Assembly: GCA_963840375.1 (NCBI GenBank)
Contig: CAWIYR010000002.1
Coordinates: 576,613-640,612 of the forward strand
Length of the DNA: 64,000 nucleotides
Source of the DNA: an uncultured Chloroflexia bacterium
GTDB taxonomy: Bacteria > Chloroflexota > Limnocylindria > Limnocylindrales > CSP1-4
Direction of reading: 5' to 3'
Made by a program: the position numbers and the translations under genes. This document shows positions 28,155-37,088 of the stretch, piece after piece. The notes under the pieces were generated by a model, which had not been told where the DNA came from, ran no database searches, and saw only the letters and a list, made by a program, of their open reading frames with translations. Positions within the stretch are counted from its first letter, which is position 1, and each line of letters begins with the position of its first letter.

Positions 28155-29155
28155 AGGCGATCGTCAATCACGAGTACGGCCTACCCGGTGATCTCGAGCT
28201 CGAGGACGTCGATCGCCCGGCCCCAAGAGGCGATGAGGCGCTGGTGCAGGTTCTCGGGGCTGCGGTCAATCCGGGTGACTGGGACGTGATGCGTGGAACG
28301 CCCTACGTTCTCCGTCTCACGACCGGACTCCGCAGACCAAGGAACAAGGTTCTTGGCCTCGCGATCGCCGGGCGGGTCGAGGCGGTCGACAGCAGCATCT
28401 CGGAGTTCAGACCCGGTGATGAGGTCTATGCCGAGATCGGCAAGGGAGGCTTCGCCGAGTACGCCTGCGTGCCAGAACGCGCACTGGCGCCGAAGCCCTC
28501 CAACCTGACGTTCGAGCAGGCGGCGGCCGTACCGGTGGCGGGGGTCACCGCACTGCAGGCTCTCCGCGACATCGGACGGGTTCAGCCAGGTCAGAAGGTC
28601 CTGATCAATGGTGCGTCCGGAGGTGTGGGCACGTTCGCGGTGCAGATCGCCAAGACCTTTGGAGCAGAAGTGACCGGCGTCTGCAGCACGGCGAACGTGG
28701 ACCTGGTTCGCTCGATCGGCGCCGACCACGTGATCGACTACACCCAGGAAGACTTCACCAGAAATGGGCAGCAGTACGACCTGATCTTGGACAATGTGGG
28801 GAACCGCAGGTTGTCGGAGCTCAGGAGAGCCCTTACTCCCAACGGCATGCTCATACCCAACAGCAACAAGGGCAGCGGTCGTTGGATGGGAGGTTTCCTG
28901 CGCCGCGCGGTCCACGCGCTCGTGGTGTCACCGTTCGTGCCCCAGAAGCTCCGCCCGTTTGCAGCCACCGGGAAGCGTGAGGACCTGGTGGTGCTGAAGG
29001 GACTCATCGAGTCCGGAAGGGTCACCCCGGTCATCGACAGAACGTATCCGCTGAACGAGGTCGCCGAGGCTCTGAGCCACTACGGAGCTGGGCACGCCCG
29101 AGGAAAGGTCATCATCACCGTGAAGCAGAACAAGGCTCAGGAACGAGGCACCTGA
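28151..29155 (+). CDS. NAD(P)H-dependent medium-chain dehydrogenase/reductase (quinone oxidoreductase / zeta-crystallin-like)
   Basis: ATG 28151 has GGAGGG 5 nt upstream and overlaps the upstream stop (ATGA). MKAIVNHEYGLPGDLELEDV..; cofactor motif INGASGGVGTFAVQIAK; C-terminal HARGKVIITV. Codon usage is atypical for the window (AGA, AGG, ATA, CTA, TTG). Confidence 0.9.
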   Translation: MKAIVNHEYGLPGDLELEDVDRPAPRGDEALVQVLGAAVNPGDWDVMRGTPYVLRLTTGLRRPRNKVLGLAIAGRVEAVDSSISEFRPGDEVYAEIGKGGFAEYACVPERALAPKPSNLTFEQAAAVPVAGVTALQALRDIGRVQPGQKVLINGASGGVGTFAVQIAKTFGAEVTGVCSTANVDLVRSIGADHVIDYTQEDFTRNGQQYDLILDNVGNRRLSELRRALTPNGMLIPNSNKGSGRWMGGFLRRAVHALVVSPFVPQKLRPFAATGKREDLVVLKGLIESGRVTPVIDRTYPLNEVAEALSHYGAGHARGKVIITVKQNKAQERGT

Positions 29156-29158
29156 CAC

Positions 29159-29533
29159 ATGGCGGATGTGAGGATCATCCTCTCCGGGCTGTGGGTGGCC
29201 GTGATGCTGACCTACCTCCTGGGGGATGTCCTGCGCCTGTTTGCCGGTGATATCACACCGGGTGAGATCGAGGGCCGGAAGGCAAGCCAGGGAATGTGGC
29301 TGGGAATCGCGGTGATCATGCTGGTCCCGATCATCATGGTCGTCCTGTCCCTGGCGTTGCCGTACCCCGCCATCGGCTGGGTCAACATCGTCGTGGCCGT
29401 GCTCGTCGTCGTCTTCAACTTGTTCGGCCTGCCCTACAAGGGCCTCTACGACAACTTCCTGATCATCGTGAGCTTCGTCTTCAACGCAATGATCGTCTGG
29501 TCCGCATGGACGTGGGTCTCTACAGCTGCCTAG
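29159..29533 (+). CDS. Small hypothetical 4-TM membrane protein
   Basis: 124 aa, starting 4 nt after the upstream stop. Hydrophobic helices include ILSGLWVAVMLTYLLG, WLGIAVIMLVPIIMVVLSL and VNIVVAVLVVVFNLF. Lower GC than the flanks. Confidence 0.65.
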   Translation: MADVRIILSGLWVAVMLTYLLGDVLRLFAGDITPGEIEGRKASQGMWLGIAVIMLVPIIMVVLSLALPYPAIGWVNIVVAVLVVVFNLFGLPYKGLYDNFLIIVSFVFNAMIVWSAWTWVSTAA

Positions 29534-29648
29534 CCTCGTCGCCCGAGGGCGATGGGTCCTCAACGGGTTCTGGGGATCGGCCTGGCGGTGAGCAAGCAAG
29601 GTACGAGGGAGCGCGTCTCCGCCGCAGCACCGACCCGTCTTGACGTGT

Positions 29649-29668
29649 ATGCGTATACTTGTACGCAT
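29649..29668. promoter_or_regulatory. Perfect 7-bp inverted repeat in an AT-richer promoter-like region upstream of the EXLDI gene
   Basis: ATGCGTA-tacttg-TACGCAT. TTGACG lies at 29640-29645 and TATACT at 29654-29659, but these two are too close together to pair as -35/-10. Confidence 0.3.
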
Positions 29669-29702
29669 GTTCACATCGCTCGATGGGAGTTACGATGCTG
29701 CG

Positions 29703-30218
29703 GTGCCAAACAAGACGATCTACGTCTCCGATGGAGACCTCCCCCTCTATCAACGCGCGCAGGAGCTGGCCGGCGACAATCTCTCGGCCGCCATCTCGGC
29801 CGCGCTCCGCCGCTACGTCGATGTCGAGGAAGGTCGGCGAAGCGGCTTCGACGAGGTCATCGTTCGGGTCGGGTCCGGCAAGGGCAGGAAGGTCCGGTTC
29901 GTCGGCGTGCTCCTCGGGGAGTGGTACTCGTCGCAGGGTCGGGTCGAGACCTTCCGGGTCTACCGCGGCCGTACCGGCAAGTTCGTCCTCCACATCGAGC
30001 GAAGCGCCGACTGGACGATGGTCGACGGGGAGGGCAAGCCGGCCGGTTGGCGCGGATACTTGGGCCTCGGAGACGTCAGCTATGGGTCCACGCCCGCCGA
30101 GTCCACCCTCGAGGTCGTGGAGTCCCTCGAGGAGCTTCGCGCACGGATCCCACCACAGCTCTACGACATGGTGGTCGGCTCTGCCCAGCAGCCGGTCGTG
30201 GAAGACCTCGACATCTGA
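29703..30218 (+). CDS. EXLDI family protein (uncharacterised; C-terminal E-x-L-D-I motif)
   Basis: Begins VPNKTIYVSDGDLPLYQRAQELAG and ends ..QQPVVEDLDI*. It lies immediately upstream of an ABC-2 ATPase/permease pair, which is the genomic context I recall for this TIGRFAM-defined family. Alternative in-frame starts are ATG 29667 and TTG 29640. Confidence 0.8.
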   Translation: MPNKTIYVSDGDLPLYQRAQELAGDNLSAAISAALRRYVDVEEGRRSGFDEVIVRVGSGKGRKVRFVGVLLGEWYSSQGRVETFRVYRGRTGKFVLHIERSADWTMVDGEGKPAGWRGYLGLGDVSYGSTPAESTLEVVESLEELRARIPPQLYDMVVGSAQQPVVEDLDI

Positions 30219-30257
30219 GCCTCGCCTTCGTGGGCTCCTCCGTCGAGGCGGTGAGGC

Positions 30258-31217
30258 ATGACGGCCACCGAGGTCCGGCCGGCGATCCGTGCCGTCGGGC
30301 TACGCAAGTCCTACGGCACGCAGGTCGTCCTCGATGGCATCGACCTCCAGGTCGCCGAGGGGACGGTCTTCGCGCTCCTCGGGCCGAATGGCGCCGGCAA
30401 GACCACGACGGTCCAGATCCTGTCGACCCTGATCACCGCCGACGGCGGCGAGGTGCAGATCGCCGGCCATGACGTCGCCAGCGAGCCGGGCGCGGTCCGG
30501 GCCGTCATCGGTGTCACGGGCCAGTTCTCCGCCGTCGACAGACTCTTCACCGGCGAGGAGAACCTCCAGCTGATGGCAGACCTGCGGCATCTCGGCCAGC
30601 GCGAAGGTCGCCGACGAGTCGATGAGCTGCTCCAGCGGTTCGACCTCGTCGACGCCGCCAAGAAGCCGGTCGCCACCTACTCGGGGGGCATGCGACGGCG
30701 TCTCGACCTCGCGATGACCCTCGTCGGCGATCCGCGGATCATCTTCCTCGACGAGCCCACGGCAGGACTCGATCCCCGCAGCCGCCGAGGCATGTGGCAG
30801 ACGATCCAGTCGCTCGTCGCGGGAGGCGTGACGATCTTCCTCACGACACAGTATCTGGAGGAGGCGGATCGCCTCGCCCATCGCATCGGCGTCCTCGATC
30901 GCGGGGTGCTGGTCGCCGAGGGGACACCGGACGAGTTGAAGCGGCTGGTGCCCGGTGCTCACATCCAGCTGTCGTTCACCGATGCCGTCGAGTTGGAACG
31001 GGCGGCCCGCGCGTTCGACGGTTCATCCCGCGACGACGAGTCGATGACCTTGCAGCTCCCGAGTGACGGAGGGATCGGCTCGCTCCGTGCTCTCCTCGAC
31101 AAGCTCGAGGCTGAGTCGATCGTCGTCGGCGCGTTCTCGCTGCAGACCCCCGACCTCGACGACGTCTTCCTCTCGCTCACCGCCCATCCCGACGAACAGG
31201 AAGTGAGCGTCCGATGA
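30258..31217 (+). CDS. ABC transporter ATP-binding protein (DrrA/ABC-2 type)
   Basis: 319 aa. Walker A GPNGAGKTT, signature YSGGMRRRL, Walker B IIFLDEPTAGLD. GTGAGG RBS. Confidence 0.9.
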   Translation: MTATEVRPAIRAVGLRKSYGTQVVLDGIDLQVAEGTVFALLGPNGAGKTTTVQILSTLITADGGEVQIAGHDVASEPGAVRAVIGVTGQFSAVDRLFTGEENLQLMADLRHLGQREGRRRVDELLQRFDLVDAAKKPVATYSGGMRRRLDLAMTLVGDPRIIFLDEPTAGLDPRSRRGMWQTIQSLVAGGVTIFLTTQYLEEADRLAHRIGVLDRGVLVAEGTPDELKRLVPGAHIQLSFTDAVELERAARAFDGSSRDDESMTLQLPSDGGIGSLRALLDKLEAESIVVGAFSLQTPDLDDVFLSLTAHPDEQEVSVR

Positions 31218-32005
31218 CGACGTACCCGCTTGCCATCGCCGACTCGGCGACCATGCTCCGGCGCAACCTCCGCCGGATGCGCCGCTATCCGTCCCTCACG
31301 TTCTTCATCGCCGGCATGCCGGTCGTGTTCCTGTTGCTGTTCGTGTACGTCTTCGGCGGGACGCTCGGCGCCGGCCTGGGCGGCGTGGCCGGCGGGCGGG
31401 CCGAGTACACGGCCTACGTCCTTCCGGGGATCCTGCTGGTCACCGTCGCCGGCGCGGCGCAGGGCACGGCGATCTCGATCGCGATGGACATGACCGAGGG
31501 GATCATCGCCCGGTTCCGCACGATGGCCATCGGCCGTACTTCGGTCCTGACCGGGCATGTCATCGGCAGCGTGATCCAGACGATGCTGGCCCTGACGGTC
31601 GTCATGGTCGTGGCCGTGCTGATCGGCTTCCGGCCCACGACGGGTCCGGCTGAATGGGTCGCCGCGGCGGGCCTCCTCGCGCTGGCTGCGCTGGCGGTCT
31701 CCTGGCTTTCTGTCGCCCTGGGCATGGTGCCCAAGGATGTCGAGACCGCGAGCAACCTCCCGATGTTCCTGGTGCTGCTGCCCCTCCTGAGCAGCGGCTT
31801 CGTGCCGACCGACTCGATGCCCGATGGCCTGAACTGGTTCGCCGAGCACCAGCCCTTCACGCCGCTGATCGAGACGGTTCGGGGCCTCCTGCTCAGCACC
31901 CCGATCGGCGACAGCGGCGTGCTGGCGATCGGCTGGTGCGTCGGGATCTCGGTCGGCGGGTATCTCTGGGCGAGGAAGCTGTACGACCGCGATCCGACGT
32001 CGTAA
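31214..32005 (+). CDS. ABC-2 type transporter permease
   Basis: 263 aa with 6 predicted TM helices. The start overlaps the ATPase stop (ATGA), suggesting translational coupling. Confidence 0.85.
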   Translation: MTTYPLAIADSATMLRRNLRRMRRYPSLTFFIAGMPVVFLLLFVYVFGGTLGAGLGGVAGGRAEYTAYVLPGILLVTVAGAAQGTAISIAMDMTEGIIARFRTMAIGRTSVLTGHVIGSVIQTMLALTVVMVVAVLIGFRPTTGPAEWVAAAGLLALAALAVSWLSVALGMVPKDVETASNLPMFLVLLPLLSSGFVPTDSMPDGLNWFAEHQPFTPLIETVRGLLLSTPIGDSGVLAIGWCVGISVGGYLWARKLYDRDPTS

Positions 32006-32097
32006 CGGTCAGGCCACCGGCGATCTCGTCCAGCAGCAGGACGGTCGGTCCCGCCGCGAGCCCTGGCGCGCGATCCCTGACCCGGTGGCGACCATCC

Positions 32098-33135
32098 TCA
32101 CGCGATCCGGTCGGCGCCGATCCCGGGCAGCATCCGGTCGGCGTCGGCCGGGTCCAGCTCGCCCTGGCCGGGAACCAGGGCGTTCGCCGCACCGACGGCA
32201 CCGCCGCGTCGCGCCGCCTCGACCAGCGGGAACCCCGCCGCGAGGGCGACGAGGAGTCCGGCGAGGAGCGAATCGCCGCTGCCGACCGGATACCGGCCGC
32301 GTTCCGGCGGGCCGCCGATCCGCCAGACGGAGCCGTCGTCATCCAGGAGGATCGCGCCGTCGGGGCCGCGCGTGACCAGGACCACACCGTCCGTTAGGGC
32401 CCGGATCCTTCGTGCCGCCTCGACGGCGGTCGCTTCGCCGACGCCGCCCCTCACCGTGCCGGCGTCCCCGGACGCCGCCGAGCTCGCCAGGCCTGCCGCG
32501 GCCGCCGCCTCCCCCGCGTTGACCTTCACGAGCCAGGGACGCGCCGCCAGCGCCTCGACGAGCGCGGTGCGATCGGCGTCGACGACCGCATGGGCTCCGG
32601 CCTTGCCGACGGTCGTCACCAGGCGGGCGTAGCCGTCATCCGGCGCGCCGGGAGGCAGGCTCCCGGCGAGCACGACCAGGCTCCCGGATGGGTCGTCCGC
32701 GAGCTCGGAGCGTAGCGCCGTCTCCACGGCGGTCCAGCCGGTCGTGTCGAGGGTCAGGCCCGGCTCGTAGAACTCGGTGAGCGTCCCGTCGGCGTGGTCC
32801 AGCACGGAGAGGCAGGTCCGCGTCTCGCCGTGGGCGTGGACGACGTGGGTCGCGATACCCCGCGCGCGAAGCGCGTCGTCCATCCAGTCGCCGGCGTGAC
32901 CACCCAGCACGGCGATCGCGCGGACGGGCATGCCGAGGGTCACTGCCGCCCGCGCGACGTTCAGCGCCTTGCCACCCGGGACGACGGACAGGACCTCGGG
33001 TCGGTGGACCTCGCCGGGCACGAGGCGGCCCACCGCCGCGATCTTGTCGATCGCGGCGTTGATGGACACGCACACGAGCCGGCGTGGCCAGGCGTCGGGA
33101 CCCGGTGCCGCGTCGAGGGAGACCCCCCGCGTCAC
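32098..33135 (-). CDS. 1-phosphofructokinase family hexose-phosphate kinase (FruK/LacC-like, PfkB superfamily)
   Basis: VCVSINAAIDKI..PGGKALNVARA..VVLAGSLPPG..VLVTRGPDGA..YPVGSGDSLLAGL. GTG 33135 is used; a start nearer VCVS is possible. Confidence 0.85.
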   Translation of the reverse strand: MTRGVSLDAAPGPDAWPRRLVCVSINAAIDKIAAVGRLVPGEVHRPEVLSVVPGGKALNVARAAVTLGMPVRAIAVLGGHAGDWMDDALRARGIATHVVHAHGETRTCLSVLDHADGTLTEFYEPGLTLDTTGWTAVETALRSELADDPSGSLVVLAGSLPPGAPDDGYARLVTTVGKAGAHAVVDADRTALVEALAARPWLVKVNAGEAAAAAGLASSAASGDAGTVRGGVGEATAVEAARRIRALTDGVVLVTRGPDGAILLDDDGSVWRIGGPPERGRYPVGSGDSLLAGLLVALAAGFPLVEAARRGGAVGAANALVPGQGELDPADADRMLPGIGADRIA

Positions 33136-33145
33136 GGGATCCCGG

Positions 33146-34126
33146 TCACGAGAGCAGGCCCGCCGCGCGGGCTGCGGCCTCCGCGGCCGCGAGCGTCGGC
33201 TGCGCCCCGGTCCCGCCGATCCCGAGCGTCGAGAGCGAGCCCGCGGCGACCCCGAGTGCGAGGCAGTCGCGGACCGAGCGCCCGTCGAGGAACCCGGCGA
33301 TGAAGCCGGCGTCGAACGAGTCGCCGGCGCCGGTCGTGTCGACGGCCTCGACGGCCAGCGCCGGGACCCGGGTCAACGTGCCGTCCCGCTCGACGGCGAA
33401 TGCGCCATCCGTCCCGTACTTCACCGCGACGAGACTCGGTCCGGCCGCGACGAGTGCCCGGGCCGCGGCCTCGACATCGTCGGTGCCGGCGATCCGTGCC
33501 GCCTCGGCGGCGTTCGGCAGGAATACGTCGGTCTCGCGGAGGACATCCCACAGCCCCCCGTCCCAGGTCTCGCGGGGATCCCAGTTGCAATCCGCCGAGG
33601 TGGTCAGCCCCGCCCGGCGAGCGGCCGCCAACCGGCCGGCGAGTCGGGGCCGAAGGGCGTCGAGGAGGAACACGCTGCCGACGTGGAGGTGGCGGGCCCG
33701 GGCCACGAGCGCCTCGGGGATGTCGTCGTCGCGGAGGAGCGGCACCGTGCCGGGCGCCGTGAGGATCGCCCGGTCCGTGCCGCTCGTGAGGATGACCGAG
33801 GCGCCGGTGGGTACCGCCCGGTCCACCCGGCAGCCCGTCACGTCGACGCCGCGCGCCCGCATCGCATCGAGCATGAAGCGCCCCATCGGGTCGTCGCCCA
33901 CGACCCCGACGAACGCCGTGCGCAGGCCGAGTCGGGCCACGCCACAGGCGAAGATCGCCGACGAGCTGCCGATGACGAGGCCGATCGAGTCGACGAGCCG
34001 CTCCACCTGGCCGAACGTCGGCCTCGGGTCCACCGCCCGGACGATCACGTCGGGATTGATCTCGCCCAGGACGAGGACATCGATGTCCCGTTCGGCGTCC
34101 CGCTCCCCGCGTGTCCGATCGGTCAT
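33146..34126 (-). CDS. PfkB-family carbohydrate kinase (ribokinase/fructokinase-like)
   Basis: Start at ATG 34126 (MTDRTRGERDAERDIDVLVLGEINPDVIV..). The C-terminal motif is DTTGAGDSFDAGFIAGFL. The upstream part of the 499-aa track ORF is rejected. Confidence 0.85.
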   Translation of the reverse strand: MTDRTRGERDAERDIDVLVLGEINPDVIVRAVDPRPTFGQVERLVDSIGLVIGSSSAIFACGVARLGLRTAFVGVVGDDPMGRFMLDAMRARGVDVTGCRVDRAVPTGASVILTSGTDRAILTAPGTVPLLRDDDIPEALVARARHLHVGSVFLLDALRPRLAGRLAAARRAGLTTSADCNWDPRETWDGGLWDVLRETDVFLPNAAEAARIAGTDDVEAAARALVAAGPSLVAVKYGTDGAFAVERDGTLTRVPALAVEAVDTTGAGDSFDAGFIAGFLDGRSVRDCLALGVAAGSLSTLGIGGTGAQPTLAAAEAAARAAGLLS

Positions 34127-34131
34127 GGTCT

Positions 34132-35103
34132 TCAGTATTCCCGGTACCAGCCCTCGGCGGGCGCCGGCGCCGCGAGGAGCGGGTTCGGCCGCGCATGCCA
34201 CGGCGTCCCGAGCTCGTCCACGAGCCGGGCCAGGGCCTCGAGGCGGGTCCGTCCCTCGCTCGCCAGCCAGGCATCCCGATCGTCCGGGGGCATGTCGGCG
34301 GCCTGCGCCCAGACCGATCGCCCGACGAGCACGCCGGACGCGCCGGCGCGGCAGGCGACGGCGACCTGGCGCTCGAACGTCGCGTCGTCCACGCCCCCCG
34401 ACAGCAGCACCCACGGGACGGTCGACGCCTCGTCGAGCTCGGCGCATGCGTCCGCCCATGCGGCCTGGTCGGTGACGGCCGCGTCGTACGGGAACTCCGT
34501 CTTCAGCACCGTGCCGCCGAGGCGGGTAAGGCGGCGGGCGGTCTCGATGGCACATGCCCGTCGTTCCTCGCCGGTGAGCCGGCCGCCCGTCGCCGGGTCG
34601 TAGCCGAGCGGTTCCACGAACAGTGGCAGGTCCAGCCGGACGCACTCCGTGGCGACATCGGCGACCAGCCGCTCCTGCTGGACGGCGTTCGCCGCGGCCG
34701 GGTGGTAGTACACGAGGAGCTTCGCGGCCGACGCCCCCATGCGCTTCGCCTGCTCCACCGACCAGCCGGGAAGGATCCGCGACACCCGCGCACTCGGCGG
34801 TCCCTGGTACCCCGTCGCCTCGACCGCGACGATCAGGCCGGCGCGACCGGGGAGCGAGCCGTCGGCGATCGCCTGCGCCGCTCCGATCTCCGGATCGAGC
34901 AGCGTGCCCGTCGCGAACGGCGCGAGGGCGCGGACGACCGCGCGCTTGAACTCGACCATCTCGTCGTACGTGGTCGCCTCGGGTGCCTCGGGGTGCAGCT
35001 CACGCCGCAGGTTCTGCCGGTGGTCGAGCGCGAGCACGGCGAACGTCCCGCGGGCCGAGGCGCAGGCGTCGAGCCCACGACGCGTGCCGGGCAGGAAGGT
35101 CAT
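34132..35103 (-). CDS. Class I ketohexose-bisphosphate aldolase of the LacD (tagatose-1,6-bisphosphate aldolase) / YihT family
   Basis: 323 aa. FAVLALDHRQNL..TGTLLDPEIG..LIVAVEATGY..AAKLLVYYHP..LPLFVEPLGY..VLKTEFP follows the LacD-family pattern. Confidence 0.8.
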   Translation of the reverse strand: MTFLPGTRRGLDACASARGTFAVLALDHRQNLRRELHPEAPEATTYDEMVEFKRAVVRALAPFATGTLLDPEIGAAQAIADGSLPGRAGLIVAVEATGYQGPPSARVSRILPGWSVEQAKRMGASAAKLLVYYHPAAANAVQQERLVADVATECVRLDLPLFVEPLGYDPATGGRLTGEERRACAIETARRLTRLGGTVLKTEFPYDAAVTDQAAWADACAELDEASTVPWVLLSGGVDDATFERQVAVACRAGASGVLVGRSVWAQAADMPPDDRDAWLASEGRTRLEALARLVDELGTPWHARPNPLLAAPAPAEGWYREY

Positions 35104-35193
35104 CGATCTACCTCGGGATGACGGAACGGCACGATGCTACCGCGCGGTATGCGCGACGGCAACCCATTCTCGACGCCTAACGCGCAACGTGAC

Positions 35194-35223
35194 TTGACAT
35201 CTTGCGCGAATCATGCGCAGCAT
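35194..35223 (+). promoter_or_regulatory. Putative promoter giving a leaderless DeoR mRNA
   Basis: TTGACA (35194-35199), an 18-nt spacer, then CAGCAT (35218-35223). The DeoR ATG at 35230 sits 7 nt downstream and has no RBS. Confidence 0.3.
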
Positions 35224-35229
35224 CCGCGC

Positions 35230-36006
35230 ATGCTGAGCAGCGAGCGCCGGGCACAGCTGCTCGCCCGCCTCGACGAGGAAGGGCGGGCGAGCGTCGACGC
35301 GCTGGCCCGCGATCTCGGGGTCACCCCGTCCACGATCCGCCGCGACCTGGCCCGGCTCGCGGCCGACGGCGCGATCGTCCGGACCTACGGTGGCGCGGCC
35401 GCCGGGACGACCCTGCCGGGACGCGATCCGCTCGATCCCCGGATCGGGGCGAAGCGGGCGATCGGCGCGGCGGCGGCGACCCTCGTCGAGGACGGCCAGA
35501 CGATCGCGATCTCGAGCGGGACGACGGCGCTCGAGTTGGCCAGGCGCCTGGTCGACCGTCGGCTCACGGTGATCACCAACGCACTCGACGTCGCCGGCGT
35601 CCTCATCGACCGGCCGGCGATCGAGCTGGTCGTGCTGGGCGGCGTGGTCCGCCCCGAGATGCACTCGATGCTCGGCCATCTGGCCGAGCTCGCCCTGCTC
35701 GAGCTGCGCGCCGATGCGCTGTTCATGGGCATCGGAGCGCTCAGCGCCGAGCACGGCCTCATGAACGACTCGATCCCCGAGATCCTCACGGACCGCGCCC
35801 TCCGTCGGGCCGCCCGGGCCTGCGTCGTCCTCGCCGACAGCTCGAAGCTCGGCGCGGTCGCCCCGGCCTACGTCTTCGGGATCGACCAGGTCGACACCCT
35901 CGTCACCGACGCGGATGCCGACCCCCGGGAGGTCGCCGCGCTCGAGGCGCGAGATGTCCGGGTGATCCTCGCGGCGTCCCCGGAAAGGAGCCTCCTCACA
36001 GCATGA
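35230..36006 (+). CDS. DeoR family transcriptional regulator
   Basis: MLSSERRAQLLARLDEEGRASVDALARDLGVTPSTIRRDLARL (DeoR HTH), followed by a DeoR C-terminal sensor domain (IAISSGTTALELA..VITNAL). Confidence 0.9.
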   Translation: MLSSERRAQLLARLDEEGRASVDALARDLGVTPSTIRRDLARLAADGAIVRTYGGAAAGTTLPGRDPLDPRIGAKRAIGAAAATLVEDGQTIAISSGTTALELARRLVDRRLTVITNALDVAGVLIDRPAIELVVLGGVVRPEMHSMLGHLAELALLELRADALFMGIGALSAEHGLMNDSIPEILTDRALRRAARACVVLADSSKLGAVAPAYVFGIDQVDTLVTDADADPREVAALEARDVRVILAASPERSLLTA

Positions 36007-37088
36007 TCGAAGGCATCATCCCGGCCGAGATCGCGGCCGAGCCGGCGGCGATCCGCAGCACCCTGGACGGGAGCCTCGACGCGGCTCGGGCGGCCGCCTC
36101 GGCCCTGCGCCATGGTGGCGTCCGGCGCGTCCACGTCATCGGCAACGGGACCTCGTACCACTCGTCGCTCGCCGCCGCCACCCTCTACCGTCGCCACGCC
36201 GGCCCCGACGATCCCGTGGTCATCCCGCTCACCGCCGGCGAGTTCCGGACCTACCCGCCGTCGCTCGGACCGGGCGACGCCGTCCTGGGCATCTCCGCCT
36301 CGGGCGAGTTCCGGGACGTCGTCGGCGTCGTCGAGACGCTCCGCGGCCGGGTCCCCACCGTGGCGGTCGTCCACGTCCCTGGGAGCACGCTGGACGGGCT
36401 CGCCGACCACGTCGTCCGCTCCGCGGGCGGGCCGAGCCAGGTCCCGGTGATGACGAAGACCTTCGCCGCGACCCTCGTGGCGACCGAGCTCATCCTCGCC
36501 GAGCTGCTCGGCGGGGAGCGCGCCGAGGCCATCCGCCGGGCGATCGGACTGGCCGCCGACCACGCCGAGGCGGCGATCGAGGCCGCCCGCCCGCTCGTCG
36601 CCGACCTGGCCGGATCGCTGGCCGGCGCCGGCCACCTGTTCGTCGTCGGCAGCGGGGCCGCCTATCCGGCGGCGCTCGAGGCCGCGCTCAAGCTCAAGGA
36701 GATGGCGATCGTCCATGCCGAGGGCACGGAGTCCTGGGAGATGGCCTCGGGGGTCGCCACGATCGTCGACGCCGACTCGGTGGTCGTCGCCCTGATGCCG
36801 GACGGGCCCGGTCGGGCGGCCACGCTGGACGTCGCGGCCCATGCGGCCGGCTGGGGGGCGCGGGTCATCGAGGTCGCACCGCGGTCATCGATCGAGGGCG
36901 CGACCCTGCTGCCGATCCCGGAGGCGGCCGCCGAGGATCACGCGCCGCTGACCGCCGTCCCGTCCGTCGCCCTGCTCGCCTTCGCCCTCGCTCGCCGGCG
37001 GGGCCACGACCCGGACCACCCCGGCTGGGTGGAGCGCTACCACAGCCAGGGACTCCGGCACATCGTCGGGGTCGGGGAGGGGACCTGA
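36003..37088 (+). CDS. Double SIS-domain sugar-phosphate isomerase/deaminase (AgaS / FrlB / GlmS-C-like)
   Basis: 361 aa. The ATG overlaps the DeoR stop (ATGA). Motifs are VHVIGNGTSYHSS, GISASGEF, LFVVGSGAAYPAALEAALKLKE. Confidence 0.85.
   Translation: MIEGIIPAEIAAEPAAIRSTLDGSLDAARAAASALRHGGVRRVHVIGNGTSYHSSLAAATLYRRHAGPDDPVVIPLTAGEFRTYPPSLGPGDAVLGISASGEFRDVVGVVETLRGRVPTVAVVHVPGSTLDGLADHVVRSAGGPSQVPVMTKTFAATLVATELILAELLGGERAEAIRRAIGLAADHAEAAIEAARPLVADLAGSLAGAGHLFVVGSGAAYPAALEAALKLKEMAIVHAEGTESWEMASGVATIVDADSVVVALMPDGPGRAATLDVAAHAAGWGARVIEVAPRSSIEGATLLPIPEAAAEDHAPLTAVPSVALLAFALARRRGHDPDHPGWVERYHSQGLRHIVGVGEGT

Noticed and set aside
28151-29700. Mobile element / genomic island call for the lower-GC segment
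   Set aside because: There is no integrase, transposase, flanking direct or inverted repeats, or tRNA target. It is kept as a compositional observation only, not annotated as a mobile element.
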